Notes: generated by a model not told the origin, from the sequence alone. Positions 47,636-58,139 are shown, counted from the stretch's first letter. The stretch is DNA of 64,000 nucleotides from Candidatus Obscuribacterales bacterium (GCA_965228855.1 CBDDIJ010000002.1:1312001-1376000), one strand, 5' to 3'. Program-made: numbers and translations.

Positions 47636-48718
47636 TCAATTCATCTTCGAGCCGAGTCGCTGTAAGACATTGCGGACAGCGCTGCTTGCTCTGGTAACGG
47701 GACTGTTTACAAGATTAGAGAGTTTTTCTTCGTTGGCGAAAAGCTCCGATTCAATGTCCTTTACCAGAGACTCGGTTCGCAGTTTCTCAGAGGTTAGTCG
47801 TTTAAGGGACAGCATAGATGCATATCTGATGGCTTTCAAAATACGGGCCATGGTTTCCGGATCGTAGCTATCGACGTTCGTTAAGTCCGACGAATCCGGC
47901 TCTCTGAGACCTTCGTCATCAACCATCGAATAGACCCATGGGCTAATAGTCTCGATCATTCGCTCCCAGTACTTCTCTCGCGTCACGCCTCTTTGCTCGA
48001 GGAACTCTTGATACTTATCACCGAGATAACCGAGGTCGACAATAAAGTTCATCGAGCGCATGTTGCGCCTGGTCGCGCTTCCTTCGTGGCGCCGGAATGA
48101 GCAAAGTGGTGTAGTCGAATAGAAGAGTTTTCCGTTCTCCAGCAGTCTATACCAGTATTCAACATCGCCATAGTGAAACAGAATGGTATCGAATCCGGTG
48201 CTGCGAAATTTCGTAGGGAAGGATACGCAACTGGGCTCGCCAACCCAATTGCAATAGCGAGTCAGGTTGGACTCAATAACCTCATCACCAGAGATGAGCT
48301 TGTCTTCGTCAAATTCACCCAGGACTTCAACCAGTTGGCCGCTATCACTGATGATGTTGCGAGAGCAGGTGACCATAGCTACTTCGGGATGCCGATCGTA
48401 AACCGCAAGGTGAGCTTCCAGCGAGGTCGGCATGAACAAATCATCTTGAGCGAACAGTTTTACATACTCGCCCGAGGCACGTTCTATGCAAGCGTTGTAG
48501 TTTGCGAATAGACCGAGATTTGTTGGGTTTTTCCAAACCACAATGCGACTGTCACGCTTTGCGAGTTCCTCCGCGATTGCTAGAGAATCGTCGGTGGAGC
48601 AATCGTCGGCGATAAGCAGCTCAAAGTCTTTATGTGTCTGCGCGAGGACTGTTTCAATGGCTGCTCGGAGAAATCGACGACCGTTGAAAACTGGCAGGCA
48701 AACTGAGACTTTAGCCAT
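47636..48718 (-). CDS. Glycosyltransferase family 2 with C-terminal coiled coil
   Basis: VSVCLPVFNG, ADDCSTD, FAQDD; ATG 1 nt after the cysNC stop. Confidence 0.92.
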   Translation of the reverse strand: MAKVSVCLPVFNGRRFLRAAIETVLAQTHKDFELLIADDCSTDDSLAIAEELAKRDSRIVVWKNPTNLGLFANYNACIERASGEYVKLFAQDDLFMPTSLEAHLAVYDRHPEVAMVTCSRNIISDSGQLVEVLGEFDEDKLISGDEVIESNLTRYCNWVGEPSCVSFPTKFRSTGFDTILFHYGDVEYWYRLLENGKLFYSTTPLCSFRRHEGSATRRNMRSMNFIVDLGYLGDKYQEFLEQRGVTREKYWERMIETISPWVYSMVDDEGLREPDSSDLTNVDSYDPETMARILKAIRYASMLSLKRLTSEKLRTESLVKDIESELFANEEKLSNLVNSPVTRASSAVRNVLQRLGSKMN

Positions 48719-48719
48719 C

Positions 48720-50630
48720 TTAGCGAACTGGCGCTTCCTGCGGTGCCACGGCCGCAACTTTAACATCGCCTTTGACGATGCCATTCTCCACCAGAAGATC
48801 GATGACCGCGGTCACTTCTTCACGAGTGGTCATCTTACTGGAATCGAGACGCAATGCCGGATTTGCAGGAGGCTGATACGGAGAGCTCATGCCTGTAAGG
48901 TTCGAAACTTGACCGGTGGTGACCTTTTTGTACAGTCCCTTTGGATCGCGGCTCTTGCAGACTTCGAGCGGGCAGAACATGAAGATCTCGTTGAAGTCTG
49001 CATCTCCTATCGTCTTGCGAGCTTGCTCCCGGTCTTGCTGGAAGGGCGAGATTGCTGCGACGACTGTGATGAAGCCTGTCTCAAGGAAGACCTTTGCCAG
49101 ATGCGAGATGCGGCGGATGTTTTCCGTTCTATCCTCAGGCGAGAAACCAAGATCGGCGTTCAAACCGGTTCTCAAATTGTCGCCGTCGAGAACGACAACT
49201 TTATATCCAGAATTGAACAGATAGTTTTCCAGTGATTTTGCAAGTGTGCTTTTGCCTGCGCCGGAGAGACCGGTGAGCCAGAGCACGGTGCCTTTGTGCC
49301 CGTTCTGCTCTTCACGTTGAGCGCGCTCTACGTATCCTTGTTCCCAAACAACGTTCGGGTCGGCGATCGGTGTTTCAACCTTGCGACCGGACTTGTGATT
49401 TACGACACCGGCTGCGACTGTTTCATACTTGCTGCAAATGACCAGTTTGTTGAGATTGGCTGAGGCCAGCGTTCTATCGAATGCGATTTGACGCTCGGCG
49501 GTGATTTTGACGTCGGTAATGTCACCGTTGTTAAGCACCGTAACTGGTGCTTTGTTAGCACCGGGTTTGGTGACAACTTCAACGCGGCATTTAACTTCGT
49601 TGGTTCCAATCTTCAGAAGGTATTCATTGTCGGGATTGAAAGGTTCTGCCGCAAGCCAGACGACGCGAGCGCTGAGCTCCGTTTCAACCTCTGGAACTTC
49701 TTTCGTTGATGAAATAACTTCGCCGCGTTCGACGAAGATTTGCTCCGACAAGCAAAGCGAAATCGACTCGCCTTTGAAGGCTTTTTGTCTTGTGCCCTGT
49801 GGAAAGGTTTCGATTGACGACACTGTTGAAACCTTGCCGGATGGGGAGAAGAACACTTCGGTCCCAACTGCGATTTCACCGGACATTACGCGACCAGCGA
49901 AGTAACGTTTATCGTTGAATTTGTAGACATCCTGGAGGACCATTCTGAATGGTTCGCTTCCGGTCGTGAAGTCGAGGGTCTCTTCTTTCACTTTCAGGAT
50001 GAACGGCAGGAGCGGAAGTCCGTTGTACCAGGACATATTTTCGCTGGGTTTGGTGATGTTTTCGCCGAGCAACGCGGAGATCGGTACAACCTTCAAACAC
50101 TTCAGACCTTCGCCATCAGCCAGGTCTGCGAGGTCTGCCGCGAGCTTGTTGAAAACACTTTCGTCGTATCCAATCTTGTCGAGTTTATTAACCACGATAA
50201 TTACTTCGCGGATACCGAGGATTGAGAGCACTTTCAAGTGGCGGCTGGTTTGAGCGCGAATGCCCTCGACGCAGTCAACCATGACGATACCTTGTTGCGC
50301 TTCCGAAGCGCCGCTCGTCATGTTTTTCAAAAACTCAATGTGACCGGGAGCATCGATAAGCAGGAAGCGGTGACCGTCAAATTCGAAGTTGACGCGAGTG
50401 GTATCAATACTGATACCTTGCTCCTGTTCTTCCTGCAGTGCATCGAAGAAGAATGCCGGTTCAAACGGAACGCGCTTCTCTTCGCAGGTTTTGCGAACAT
50501 GCTCGACTTTGTCGGCTGGAATTTTTCCCGTGTCGAGAAGAATTCTGCCGAGAAGCGTCGATTTACCGTGGTCGACGTGACCAACTACGACGATTTTTTT
50601 GACATCAGGTTCGCTGTAAACTTCAACCAT
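48720..50630 (-). CDS. cysNC: Bifunctional sulfate adenylyltransferase subunit 1 / adenylyl-sulfate kinase (CysN/CysC, NodQ-like)
   Basis: GTPase motifs GHVDHGKST, DAPGH, NKLD; APS kinase WLTGLSGAGKST, LDGDNLR, RDPKGLYK. Confidence 0.95.
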   Translation of the reverse strand: MVEVYSEPDVKKIVVVGHVDHGKSTLLGRILLDTGKIPADKVEHVRKTCEEKRVPFEPAFFFDALQEEQEQGISIDTTRVNFEFDGHRFLLIDAPGHIEFLKNMTSGASEAQQGIVMVDCVEGIRAQTSRHLKVLSILGIREVIIVVNKLDKIGYDESVFNKLAADLADLADGEGLKCLKVVPISALLGENITKPSENMSWYNGLPLLPFILKVKEETLDFTTGSEPFRMVLQDVYKFNDKRYFAGRVMSGEIAVGTEVFFSPSGKVSTVSSIETFPQGTRQKAFKGESISLCLSEQIFVERGEVISSTKEVPEVETELSARVVWLAAEPFNPDNEYLLKIGTNEVKCRVEVVTKPGANKAPVTVLNNGDITDVKITAERQIAFDRTLASANLNKLVICSKYETVAAGVVNHKSGRKVETPIADPNVVWEQGYVERAQREEQNGHKGTVLWLTGLSGAGKSTLAKSLENYLFNSGYKVVVLDGDNLRTGLNADLGFSPEDRTENIRRISHLAKVFLETGFITVVAAISPFQQDREQARKTIGDADFNEIFMFCPLEVCKSRDPKGLYKKVTTGQVSNLTGMSSPYQPPANPALRLDSSKMTTREEVTAVIDLLVENGIVKGDVKVAAVAPQEAPVR

Positions 50631-50672
50631 GGGATCTCCAGACCTTCTTGACCAATAGACCAGAATAAAAAC

Positions 50673-51479
50673 TTACATATATCCGTCTTTACGCAACTTC
50701 TGCATTGCGTAAGTATCTTCTCTATCCTGAGCTCGTCCAGCTCGTTCGGTCGTTTCAGTGGTGCGCAACTCGGTGATGATGTCATCGAGATTTTTCGCAC
50801 ACGATTCAATACTCGAGGTACAGGGCGCGCAGCCGAGACTGCGATAGCGTCTGCCTTCTCCGTTGTCGAAATACAACGGCATAATGTCTAGATTTTCACG
50901 TTGGATGTAATCCCAGATGTCGGTTTCCGTCCAATGCAGGATGGGATGCACTCTTACATGGACATCGTCCGGTACGTGCAAATTGTAGTAGTGCCACATT
51001 TCAGCGGGTTGGTTTTTATATGACCATTCCGAGTTGCTCGAACGAGGCGACACAACACGCTCTTTACCGCGCGAACCTTCTTCGTCGCGACGGATACCGA
51101 GCATGAGACCACCGAGCTTATGCTCTTTGACTGTGTCCAGGAGCGCCTGGGTTTTCAAAGCGCCGCAGCAAACCAATCTGCCTTTATCCGGTCCCATGCC
51201 GTCGGCCAGAGCTTGTTTGTTCTGTCCTACGATCAATTTAAGATTGTGTTTTTTCGCGTATTCGTCACGCCAGGTGATCATCTCCGGAATTTTGTAACTC
51301 GTATCGATATGTACGAGTTGCATCGGCACCTGACCGAGGAATGCTTTCCGAACCAGATGAAGCAAGACCGTGGAGTCCTTGCCCATGGACCAGAGCAGTG
51401 CGAGGTTTTTTGTTTTGTTAAAGGCTTCGCGAATTATGAATACGCTTTCATTCTCGAGCCAATCTAAGTAAGAACTCAT
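50673..51479 (-). CDS. cysD: Sulfate adenylyltransferase subunit 2
   Basis: LENESVFIIREA, WSMGKDS, RRDEEGSRGKER, RYRSLGC, MQKLRKDGYM. Confidence 0.96.
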   Translation of the reverse strand: MSSYLDWLENESVFIIREAFNKTKNLALLWSMGKDSTVLLHLVRKAFLGQVPMQLVHIDTSYKIPEMITWRDEYAKKHNLKLIVGQNKQALADGMGPDKGRLVCCGALKTQALLDTVKEHKLGGLMLGIRRDEEGSRGKERVVSPRSSNSEWSYKNQPAEMWHYYNLHVPDDVHVRVHPILHWTETDIWDYIQRENLDIMPLYFDNGEGRRYRSLGCAPCTSSIESCAKNLDDIITELRTTETTERAGRAQDREDTYAMQKLRKDGYM

Positions 51480-51714
51480 CTAGTTGTCCAGCGCGAAACG
51501 CAGTAGGGATGACCTTATTGGGAGGAACTATTATTCGCACTGGATTATACAGGAGCGTGCCAAGTGCTTACTTGAAGTTGCATTCAGGTTGTAATACAGA
51601 AGTCGCTCGGCGACTGTCCGGAAAGAGTCGAAGCTCCACCCCTGCCGGTTTTGTGGGAGCGAGCGCTTTAGTTAGCATATTTCTTAAAGGGTATATCTTC
51701 AGCAGAAAAGTCGA

Positions 51715-54700
51715 TTGGAGATGAGAATGTTCGGGAAAGACCAGTCTGATTGGAAGGAAGCCTTGAAACACCCGCCCGCAAAGGCTCTGGCAAAGATACG
51801 GGAGTTTTTTGACAGGTCTACAAACAATAAGCGGATTGAGGCGATGGTTGGGATTGGTCGGCTTGCTGCTGACGGAAAACAGGAAGCACAATTCATAATA
51901 TCTGAGATGCGAGGCGGTGACTTTTCCGAAAGGCTGCTGGCTTTGCACTCGTGTCATGGAAGCCGCGATGGCGGGCACATGCTTGCAGCTGTTTCAGACA
52001 AGTCGGAAACCATCAGAGCCGTTGCCCGGCGGTTGATAACTATATATGGAACTGATGAGGAAACTGTCGGCGCGTTCGCTCTGTTGCCGCGATGTGCGCG
52101 TAAGAGTTTTCTCCGGCAAATGCGCCTGCGCAAACGGTTTGAACCGCTCGATCGAATTCTGGCTGAACTTGCCGATAGTGATGTTCAGGACTTCAGGTCT
52201 TATCTCCCGTACGGTTCAGAAGATTTTGTTCGGAAACATTGGGCGCCGGTCGAAGTCGACACAAGCGTTATGGATTGGGAGCGTCTTGCTCGAAATAGGC
52301 GCGAGTATGCGTCGGAAAGACTGCTTCAGTTGTTGTCGGCACTGGATTCGTTCGAGCCCAGAAGCATCTGGATTGCCAATTCTGTTCTGGCTTTGCTTGC
52401 GAAGAATCGGGTTGATTCAACGATGGACGTGGTCGACGAGATGCTCCGAGTGTGCTCGTTGAATCAAATTCGTCTCAAGGAAGTTGTGCGCGCGTTTCCG
52501 GTCGCTGTTGCCAAAATTTGTGAGGCAAGCGAGGATCGGGCGAACATTGATTTTTATGATGCTTTTCACAAGCTTGACGGCGACTTGCTAATTGAGATTT
52601 TGCGCAGATACCCCCCGCGTCATGGGATCGTGAAGATCTTAAGCCGGCTACCTGTATCTACGCGACTGGTTGTTTATGAAAACCTAGCGGCGGCTTGGCG
52701 CAGTGATTACCAGGGCATGATCGATGACGGCATTGTCGAACAGATGCCCGCAGATATCCGTGAGCGGGAGGCTTTAACGCATCTTGCAATGGACTCGCTG
52801 CTTACGAATCCGCAGTTGAGAATGAAGTATGTTCCATTCTTACCATTCGACAAGGTCAAGGAATTTGTAAAAACGCCAATTTCTGATCCTGCCCCAGAGC
52901 TTCGCGGAGTGGCTTGGTCTGCCCTGATCGGAGCCGTGAGGTTTAACAAGAATGAAATCGCGTATGTTTTAGAAGAACTGAAAAAGAAGAAACGTGAGCA
53001 AGATCCGGTTCGACAGGTTATCGCGCAATCGCTCTCGACGTTGCCACCATCCGTATTCAAAGAAGCTCAATTGGCAGACCTCGGGCAGCTTGTGAAAGAT
53101 GCTCTCGAGTCTCGAGACCTATCTTCTACAACTACATATTATTTTGAAGTATTGATACTGCAATTGGTGCCGTTCTATCCAGCGTGGGCTTCAGAATGTC
53201 TCGCACTCTTCTGGCGTGAACGTGGGCGTGCCTCGGTTCCGGACTTTGAAGTTCGTATAAATGATCGAGAAGCCATAGCGATGGAACCGGCGATAGCTGC
53301 CGTTCTGAAGCAATGGACCAAAAAAGAATATGAATTTGCTGCCGTCACGACTGCTCGTCTCTTTGGGCGTCGGCTCAAAGTTATGAAGCAAATTATTGTG
53401 ATGCTCGAGGACATTGTTTTAAACAGTCACAATTTCGAGTATGCCGATGATGCTTTCGAAGTTTTGAAAAAATTCGCGCATGCATCGCTTGCAGGGCTGG
53501 TTCCGCGCATGCTCAAGAAGGATGCTTCCTGGGGGACTCAACCGGCAGTGGTGGATTATCTTCTCAAATACAGACAAGATTTATTGACGCCTTTTCTTGG
53601 ACAAGTTGCGCATCGGGGGCGCTTCAGCTCCGGCAAACGCGCTGTAGTGCCTCGTCTGTCTAAAGGTTTGTCGCGTCTGACCTCGGAGCAGCTTAAAATT
53701 TACGCAAAGTCTCTGAATGCGATGGCGAATGATAAGGAGAGTCATGGATATGAGAAAGCGTTTGCCGTCACTTATTTGTCGAAAATTCCAAGTTGCCCAA
53801 TCGACTATTTGAGCCAATTTATCGAGAACCCGAAGTTCGGGACTTATGAACGCCACCTTGCGTTTACAGAATTGTCTCGTCTGGACGAGGGGCAAGGTAT
53901 ACCTGTTCTATTGAAGGCCCTCAGTGATCCAGAGCAAGCATATGCCGCCATTTACACTCTTCGCACGTCTCTTATGAAGATGCCGGGAGAGCAAGCTTTC
54001 GAAATACTGGACAACGTTTCATCGAAGCAAATAACTGTTGAGAAGGAGGTTGTACGCCTGTTGGGAGACATCCGATACGAGGCGGCGCTGCAAAAGGTTT
54101 TCATACTGGCGAACGCTGAACTGCATCGTGACGTGCGAGTAGCGGTTGTAGGGGCTCTCTGGCGAAATCTGGATCGTGCTGAGAGTTGGGATATTCTGTC
54201 GAAGTTGATTGATGGCGAGGAAGAAGCCGTTGCATTCGCCGTGATTCGGACGCCCTCCGAGCGCCTTAATCCAAACGGGCAAAAGTTGTTGGTAGGTCTT
54301 TTGCTTCGAGGTTTGAAGCACGACTCTATAAGAGTTCGAATGAAAACTCTGGAGCGACTCGGGTTCTCTCCTGTTAGTGACATAGAGATGGAGCTGTTAG
54401 GTGGTGTGATTGATTCTCTGTCTTCTGAATCTCAGGATGAGTGCAGAATGGCTGCCAGAGCCATGTTGCAGCTCTATGGGCACACAGCGTTGTCCGCTTT
54501 CCCGAAGGCTGCGCTGGCTGTCGTTGCGAAGCGGCGCAACATCGTCATCTTGGTGGAGCAGTTGGAAACGGCTCTAATATCGCAGCGCTCAAGGCTTGCT
54601 GCTGCGACGTTTGCAACGATTTCCGCTCTCGAAGCCGACCCTCTGACGCTAAGCTTGCGGGCGCGTCTCGCAATTGCGAGCATGCCGTGGGGAGAGCTTA

Positions 54701-55026
54701 CGCAGTGGTTGGAAGAGGTAGTGGCAAAGCAGTTGCTGCACCCGGATCTTCTGTTTGAGATAGGAAACCATTTGACTCGCACGCAGAGGCGCGACGTCGG
54801 GGGTCTGGAGGAACTCGAGTTAGCGCTTTCTAGGTCCGATTCTGAAAACTTAAGACGCATCGCGCTTTACGCACTGGTCGCTCAATCGGGTGGCTATCGA
54901 GGGTGGACGGAGGAACGTTTTGATCGGTTGGAAGCGTTTCGAAATGATCGCTCGCCTTTTATAGCCGAAGTTGCGCAGTTCACGCTGCCTTCGGAGGAAG
55001 AGGCGGTTAAGGCCGCGCGCAGATAA
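51715..55026 (+). CDS. Large HEAT/ARM-like alpha-solenoid protein (about 1100 aa)
   Basis: All-helical Leu/Ala/Arg-rich sequence with HEAT-like units (DPAPELRGVAWSAL, EQDPVRQVIAQSL, HRDVRVAVVGAL); no signal peptide. Confidence 0.7.
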   Translation: MEMRMFGKDQSDWKEALKHPPAKALAKIREFFDRSTNNKRIEAMVGIGRLAADGKQEAQFIISEMRGGDFSERLLALHSCHGSRDGGHMLAAVSDKSETIRAVARRLITIYGTDEETVGAFALLPRCARKSFLRQMRLRKRFEPLDRILAELADSDVQDFRSYLPYGSEDFVRKHWAPVEVDTSVMDWERLARNRREYASERLLQLLSALDSFEPRSIWIANSVLALLAKNRVDSTMDVVDEMLRVCSLNQIRLKEVVRAFPVAVAKICEASEDRANIDFYDAFHKLDGDLLIEILRRYPPRHGIVKILSRLPVSTRLVVYENLAAAWRSDYQGMIDDGIVEQMPADIREREALTHLAMDSLLTNPQLRMKYVPFLPFDKVKEFVKTPISDPAPELRGVAWSALIGAVRFNKNEIAYVLEELKKKKREQDPVRQVIAQSLSTLPPSVFKEAQLADLGQLVKDALESRDLSSTTTYYFEVLILQLVPFYPAWASECLALFWRERGRASVPDFEVRINDREAIAMEPAIAAVLKQWTKKEYEFAAVTTARLFGRRLKVMKQIIVMLEDIVLNSHNFEYADDAFEVLKKFAHASLAGLVPRMLKKDASWGTQPAVVDYLLKYRQDLLTPFLGQVAHRGRFSSGKRAVVPRLSKGLSRLTSEQLKIYAKSLNAMANDKESHGYEKAFAVTYLSKIPSCPIDYLSQFIENPKFGTYERHLAFTELSRLDEGQGIPVLLKALSDPEQAYAAIYTLRTSLMKMPGEQAFEILDNVSSKQITVEKEVVRLLGDIRYEAALQKVFILANAELHRDVRVAVVGALWRNLDRAESWDILSKLIDGEEEAVAFAVIRTPSERLNPNGQKLLVGLLLRGLKHDSIRVRMKTLERLGFSPVSDIEMELLGGVIDSLSSESQDECRMAARAMLQLYGHTALSAFPKAALAVVAKRRNIVILVEQLETALISQRSRLAAATFATISALEADPLTLSLRARLAIASMPWGELTQWLEEVVAKQLLHPDLLFEIGNHLTRTQRRDVGGLEELELALSRSDSENLRRIALYALVAQSGGYRGWTEERFDRLEAFRNDRSPFIAEVAQFTLPSEEEAVKAARR

Positions 55027-55089
55027 ACTTAAACTCAAATTCCTCATGACTACTTGTCATATAATACGCGCGTATTTTTGGACGGCGTC

Positions 55090-56793
55090 ATGACCACTTC
55101 ATCGCGTTGCGAAAAGTTAGTGCCGGCGGGCTCGGATAAGACTTCGCCCGAGGGAAACGGTAGCCCTTTATTTTTTGCTGTCGCGGTCGGTATCGCCGGC
55201 GGTGCTCTTGCGTTGTGGTGTGCGTTCGATCACGCTGTTCCGAGTTGGGATGCTGCCGGGCATCTTCTCAACGGTTTGTCCTATCGCGACTTATTCAGGC
55301 ACGCGAAACCGTTTGATTTGCATTGGTACCATCAACTTCTTACCGTTAACTGTTTCTATCCGCCCTTGACCTATGTTCTTGCAGGCGCCGTTAAGACAGC
55401 TTTGGGGACCAGTCTTTGGACTGATTCACTGATGAAGGTTTTCTATCTCACGGTGTTGAACGTGAGTGTCTATGGGTTAGTTTCAAAACTAACTAAAGAC
55501 CGATTGGCTGCTGTCTTCTCGTTACTGGTCGTCAATCTATATCCAGAAGTTGCAGCAGAAAGCCATAAGAGTATGCTCGACTTTCCGGTCATGTCGATGA
55601 CTGCTCTAAGTTTATTTGCTTTAGCTAGTTGGAACGAGAAGCGTGACTGGAAACGTGCATCGCTTGTGGCTCTTGCCACAGCAGCTGCTCTGATGACGAA
55701 ACAAGTTTGTGCTGCATTCTTGCTTTTGCCGTTTGCCTTTTACGCCGTTGGCGCTGTCAGGGAAAAGCGGTGGAACCAGGTTGGAATGCTGGTATCGAGC
55801 GGTTTGGCTGCTGGAGCGGCCTTGATTCCCTGGATGCTTGTATCGGCTCCGACGATCAAGAAAGTTGCAGCTGAAATTCAAGTCGCGCTGGGGAACAAGC
55901 AGGTCTCCGACGTTTTCTTCAGCAATATTGTTGCCTACATTGGTTTCATTCCAGCGATGGCGACGCCGTTTCTTCTCATCGTCGCGATTGCGAGCGTGTT
56001 TCTTCTGAGGAGGGAGCGGCATAAGCAGCTTGCGGTGTTGTGGCTGTCGGCGCTATCCGGTTTAATCGCCTTGAGCACGCTGACCTGGCAGTATGCGTTG
56101 CCGCGGTACTTTATTTCAGCCTTGATCGTTCTTGCTGCGTACACCGGATGTGCGCTGGCAACATTATGGCGAGCGGAGGGGCTCTCGAAGCGCGCTGCAG
56201 GTGCGACAGAGGAACGGAGGAACCTGCTCAGAGGACGCGCAGTGGTTGCCGCACTTTTACTGACCGGCGCAGTTGGATACACGGCTATAAATTTCTCTCC
56301 GTATCCCCTCGCTGAGAATCGGGGGCTTGATTTTGTGCGTGCGGTTGCCTTGCGACCGGTTACTAAAGGAACTAAAGACAGGTTCGAACACCCTTGTCCT
56401 GACGAGGATTGGGGGATCGGTTGGGCGCTCTGGGAAATTAAGAACAGGGATGGTGATGCGCCTGTCTGGTTGAATGTCTTACCGAGCACGCAGCAAATAA
56501 ATGTTCATGCTTTCGAATATTTCGCACGTCATGGTAGCTTCCAAGTTAAACCAACCACGTCTCGCTCATGGTCGGCTGCAGGCGACTCTTCGAAGTTTCA
56601 CGAAGAAGATGCTTTGCACTACCAGTGGTATCTGTTGAAGACAGGCGAGCAAGGCTTCAAGTTCCACGACCATCACAGTCGGGTTGGATTCAATCAGTTA
56701 GTCAACTTCATCGAGACCGGCGGAAAGTTTCAGCTGATCTCTGAAAAGAGTCTTCCTGACGGTAGTATCGCGTCTCTCTATCGACAACGATGA
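55090..56793 (+). CDS. ArnT/PMT-like (GT-C fold) membrane glycosyltransferase
   Basis: PSWDAAGH, FYPPL, LDFP, LMTKQ, PRYF; many TM helices. Confidence 0.8.
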   Translation: MTTSSRCEKLVPAGSDKTSPEGNGSPLFFAVAVGIAGGALALWCAFDHAVPSWDAAGHLLNGLSYRDLFRHAKPFDLHWYHQLLTVNCFYPPLTYVLAGAVKTALGTSLWTDSLMKVFYLTVLNVSVYGLVSKLTKDRLAAVFSLLVVNLYPEVAAESHKSMLDFPVMSMTALSLFALASWNEKRDWKRASLVALATAAALMTKQVCAAFLLLPFAFYAVGAVREKRWNQVGMLVSSGLAAGAALIPWMLVSAPTIKKVAAEIQVALGNKQVSDVFFSNIVAYIGFIPAMATPFLLIVAIASVFLLRRERHKQLAVLWLSALSGLIALSTLTWQYALPRYFISALIVLAAYTGCALATLWRAEGLSKRAAGATEERRNLLRGRAVVAALLLTGAVGYTAINFSPYPLAENRGLDFVRAVALRPVTKGTKDRFEHPCPDEDWGIGWALWEIKNRDGDAPVWLNVLPSTQQINVHAFEYFARHGSFQVKPTTSRSWSAAGDSSKFHEEDALHYQWYLLKTGEQGFKFHDHHSRVGFNQLVNFIETGGKFQLISEKSLPDGSIASLYRQR

Positions 56794-56846
56794 ACAGCTA
56801 GCCGGTTGCGTAGTAGGTGGCCGTTCTTCGCTGTTGAAAACCAGTT

Positions 56847-58139
56847 CTATTGAAACGGCCAGCGAATCGGAAGCGAGCCGACAGTCGTTTTATTCTTCAT
56901 CGAGCGCGCGGCGAGTTCCCGATCTTTGCCTATTTCTTCTGCGACATAGCTGAACACGCGAGTTCCGCCCTTTCCGTTTAAGTGCACGGAATCTTCAAAG
57001 TCTTCTGTTGTGAATGTGTGCTTGTCCAGCGGCTTCACTACCTTGGCATCATATTTGGTGGCAAGCATTTCTACTTTCTTTTCGAAGCGTGCTTTTATGT
57101 CGTCCGGCAACAGGGCTAAATTCTCATTGGTGACCGGCATCTCGACGAGAACGACAGGAATCTCATGCGACTGGGCGAGCGCTAAAAATTTGTCGAGATA
57201 GCTCATCTGGGTTTTGAAAACTTGATTGTTCACCGGTAAGTAAATGCGTCGATATTCTTTTAGATCGAAGAGATTGTTCTTCCGTGCCTCGTAAATGGGT
57301 TTGGAGTTGTCCAGCACGCCGCTGTCATTTTTCGGTTCTGCAATCAGATCCGCGGTGGGAACCGATGCCGTTGCGGCTGCTGCCTTTTCCATTTCCTTAG
57401 TAGCGTTGTAGAGGTCGACAGGATGCCCGGTGACGCGCGCGGTGTAGCCGGTCAGGAACGTTTTATAATCGCCTCTGTTTTTATACACATCCGAGAAATA
57501 TCCCAGAGCGAAATTCGTAATTGATTCCTTCGACCGCTTCTGCTCGAAGAGATCCTTTATGCAAGTGAGGTCAGCGAGAATCGAATAGGTGGGAGTCTTT
57601 TCAGGGTCCTGGCGCAGGTTATCGAGGAAGTCCCGAGGCGCGATTCCCAGGACGATCATCTCAGGTGACTTTCCGCTGTCCAGATATTTTTTGAGGATCA
57701 AATACTGGTCGGACATGATACTAGCCGCGACTGCTAAATCCAATACGTTGCGTTGCTTTCCTGACTCGCGGGCAAGTTCGTTTTGAAAGAAGTCAGCCTT
57801 AGTGTATTCATCGATGACGTTGCGATAATACCAGCGGTCGTATCGAGTTTTCCGCTTATAGAAGTCGTCATCGCAGCGGACGGATGGAACGAGGACTAAT
57901 GATGAGCCAAGGAGCAAAACTTGCGGGTTCTCGTGCGCAGACATACACGGAGGTAGTTTTGCCACCAGGAAGTTTTGATTGATCGTAGTCAGACCTGTGT
58001 GGTTAAACAGTCGCAGGGGCTTCACTTCCTTGATGACCGCCTCCGCCGCAATGAACATGCCGATCATCAGAATGGTCGTGCTGCCGGCGATGGTGGTCGC
58101 TAGCCGCTTTAGTTTTCCTGGTGTGGTTCCGTTTGTCAC
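56847..58139 (-). CDS. Membrane-anchored SGNH-like protein (DltD/AlgX/DUF1574-like)
   Basis: N-terminal TM; LLLGSS (block I) and FEDSVHLN (DxxH); directly downstream of the MBOAT gene. Confidence 0.7.
   Translation of the reverse strand: MTNGTTPGKLKRLATTIAGSTTILMIGMFIAAEAVIKEVKPLRLFNHTGLTTINQNFLVAKLPPCMSAHENPQVLLLGSSLVLVPSVRCDDDFYKRKTRYDRWYYRNVIDEYTKADFFQNELARESGKQRNVLDLAVAASIMSDQYLILKKYLDSGKSPEMIVLGIAPRDFLDNLRQDPEKTPTYSILADLTCIKDLFEQKRSKESITNFALGYFSDVYKNRGDYKTFLTGYTARVTGHPVDLYNATKEMEKAAAATASVPTADLIAEPKNDSGVLDNSKPIYEARKNNLFDLKEYRRIYLPVNNQVFKTQMSYLDKFLALAQSHEIPVVLVEMPVTNENLALLPDDIKARFEKKVEMLATKYDAKVVKPLDKHTFTTEDFEDSVHLNGKGGTRVFSYVAEEIGKDRELAARSMKNKTTVGSLPIRWPFQ

Noticed and set aside
48720..50630. 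EF-Tu/SelB-like GTPase
   Set aside because: Fusion to APS kinase and adjacency to cysD identify it as CysN/CysC
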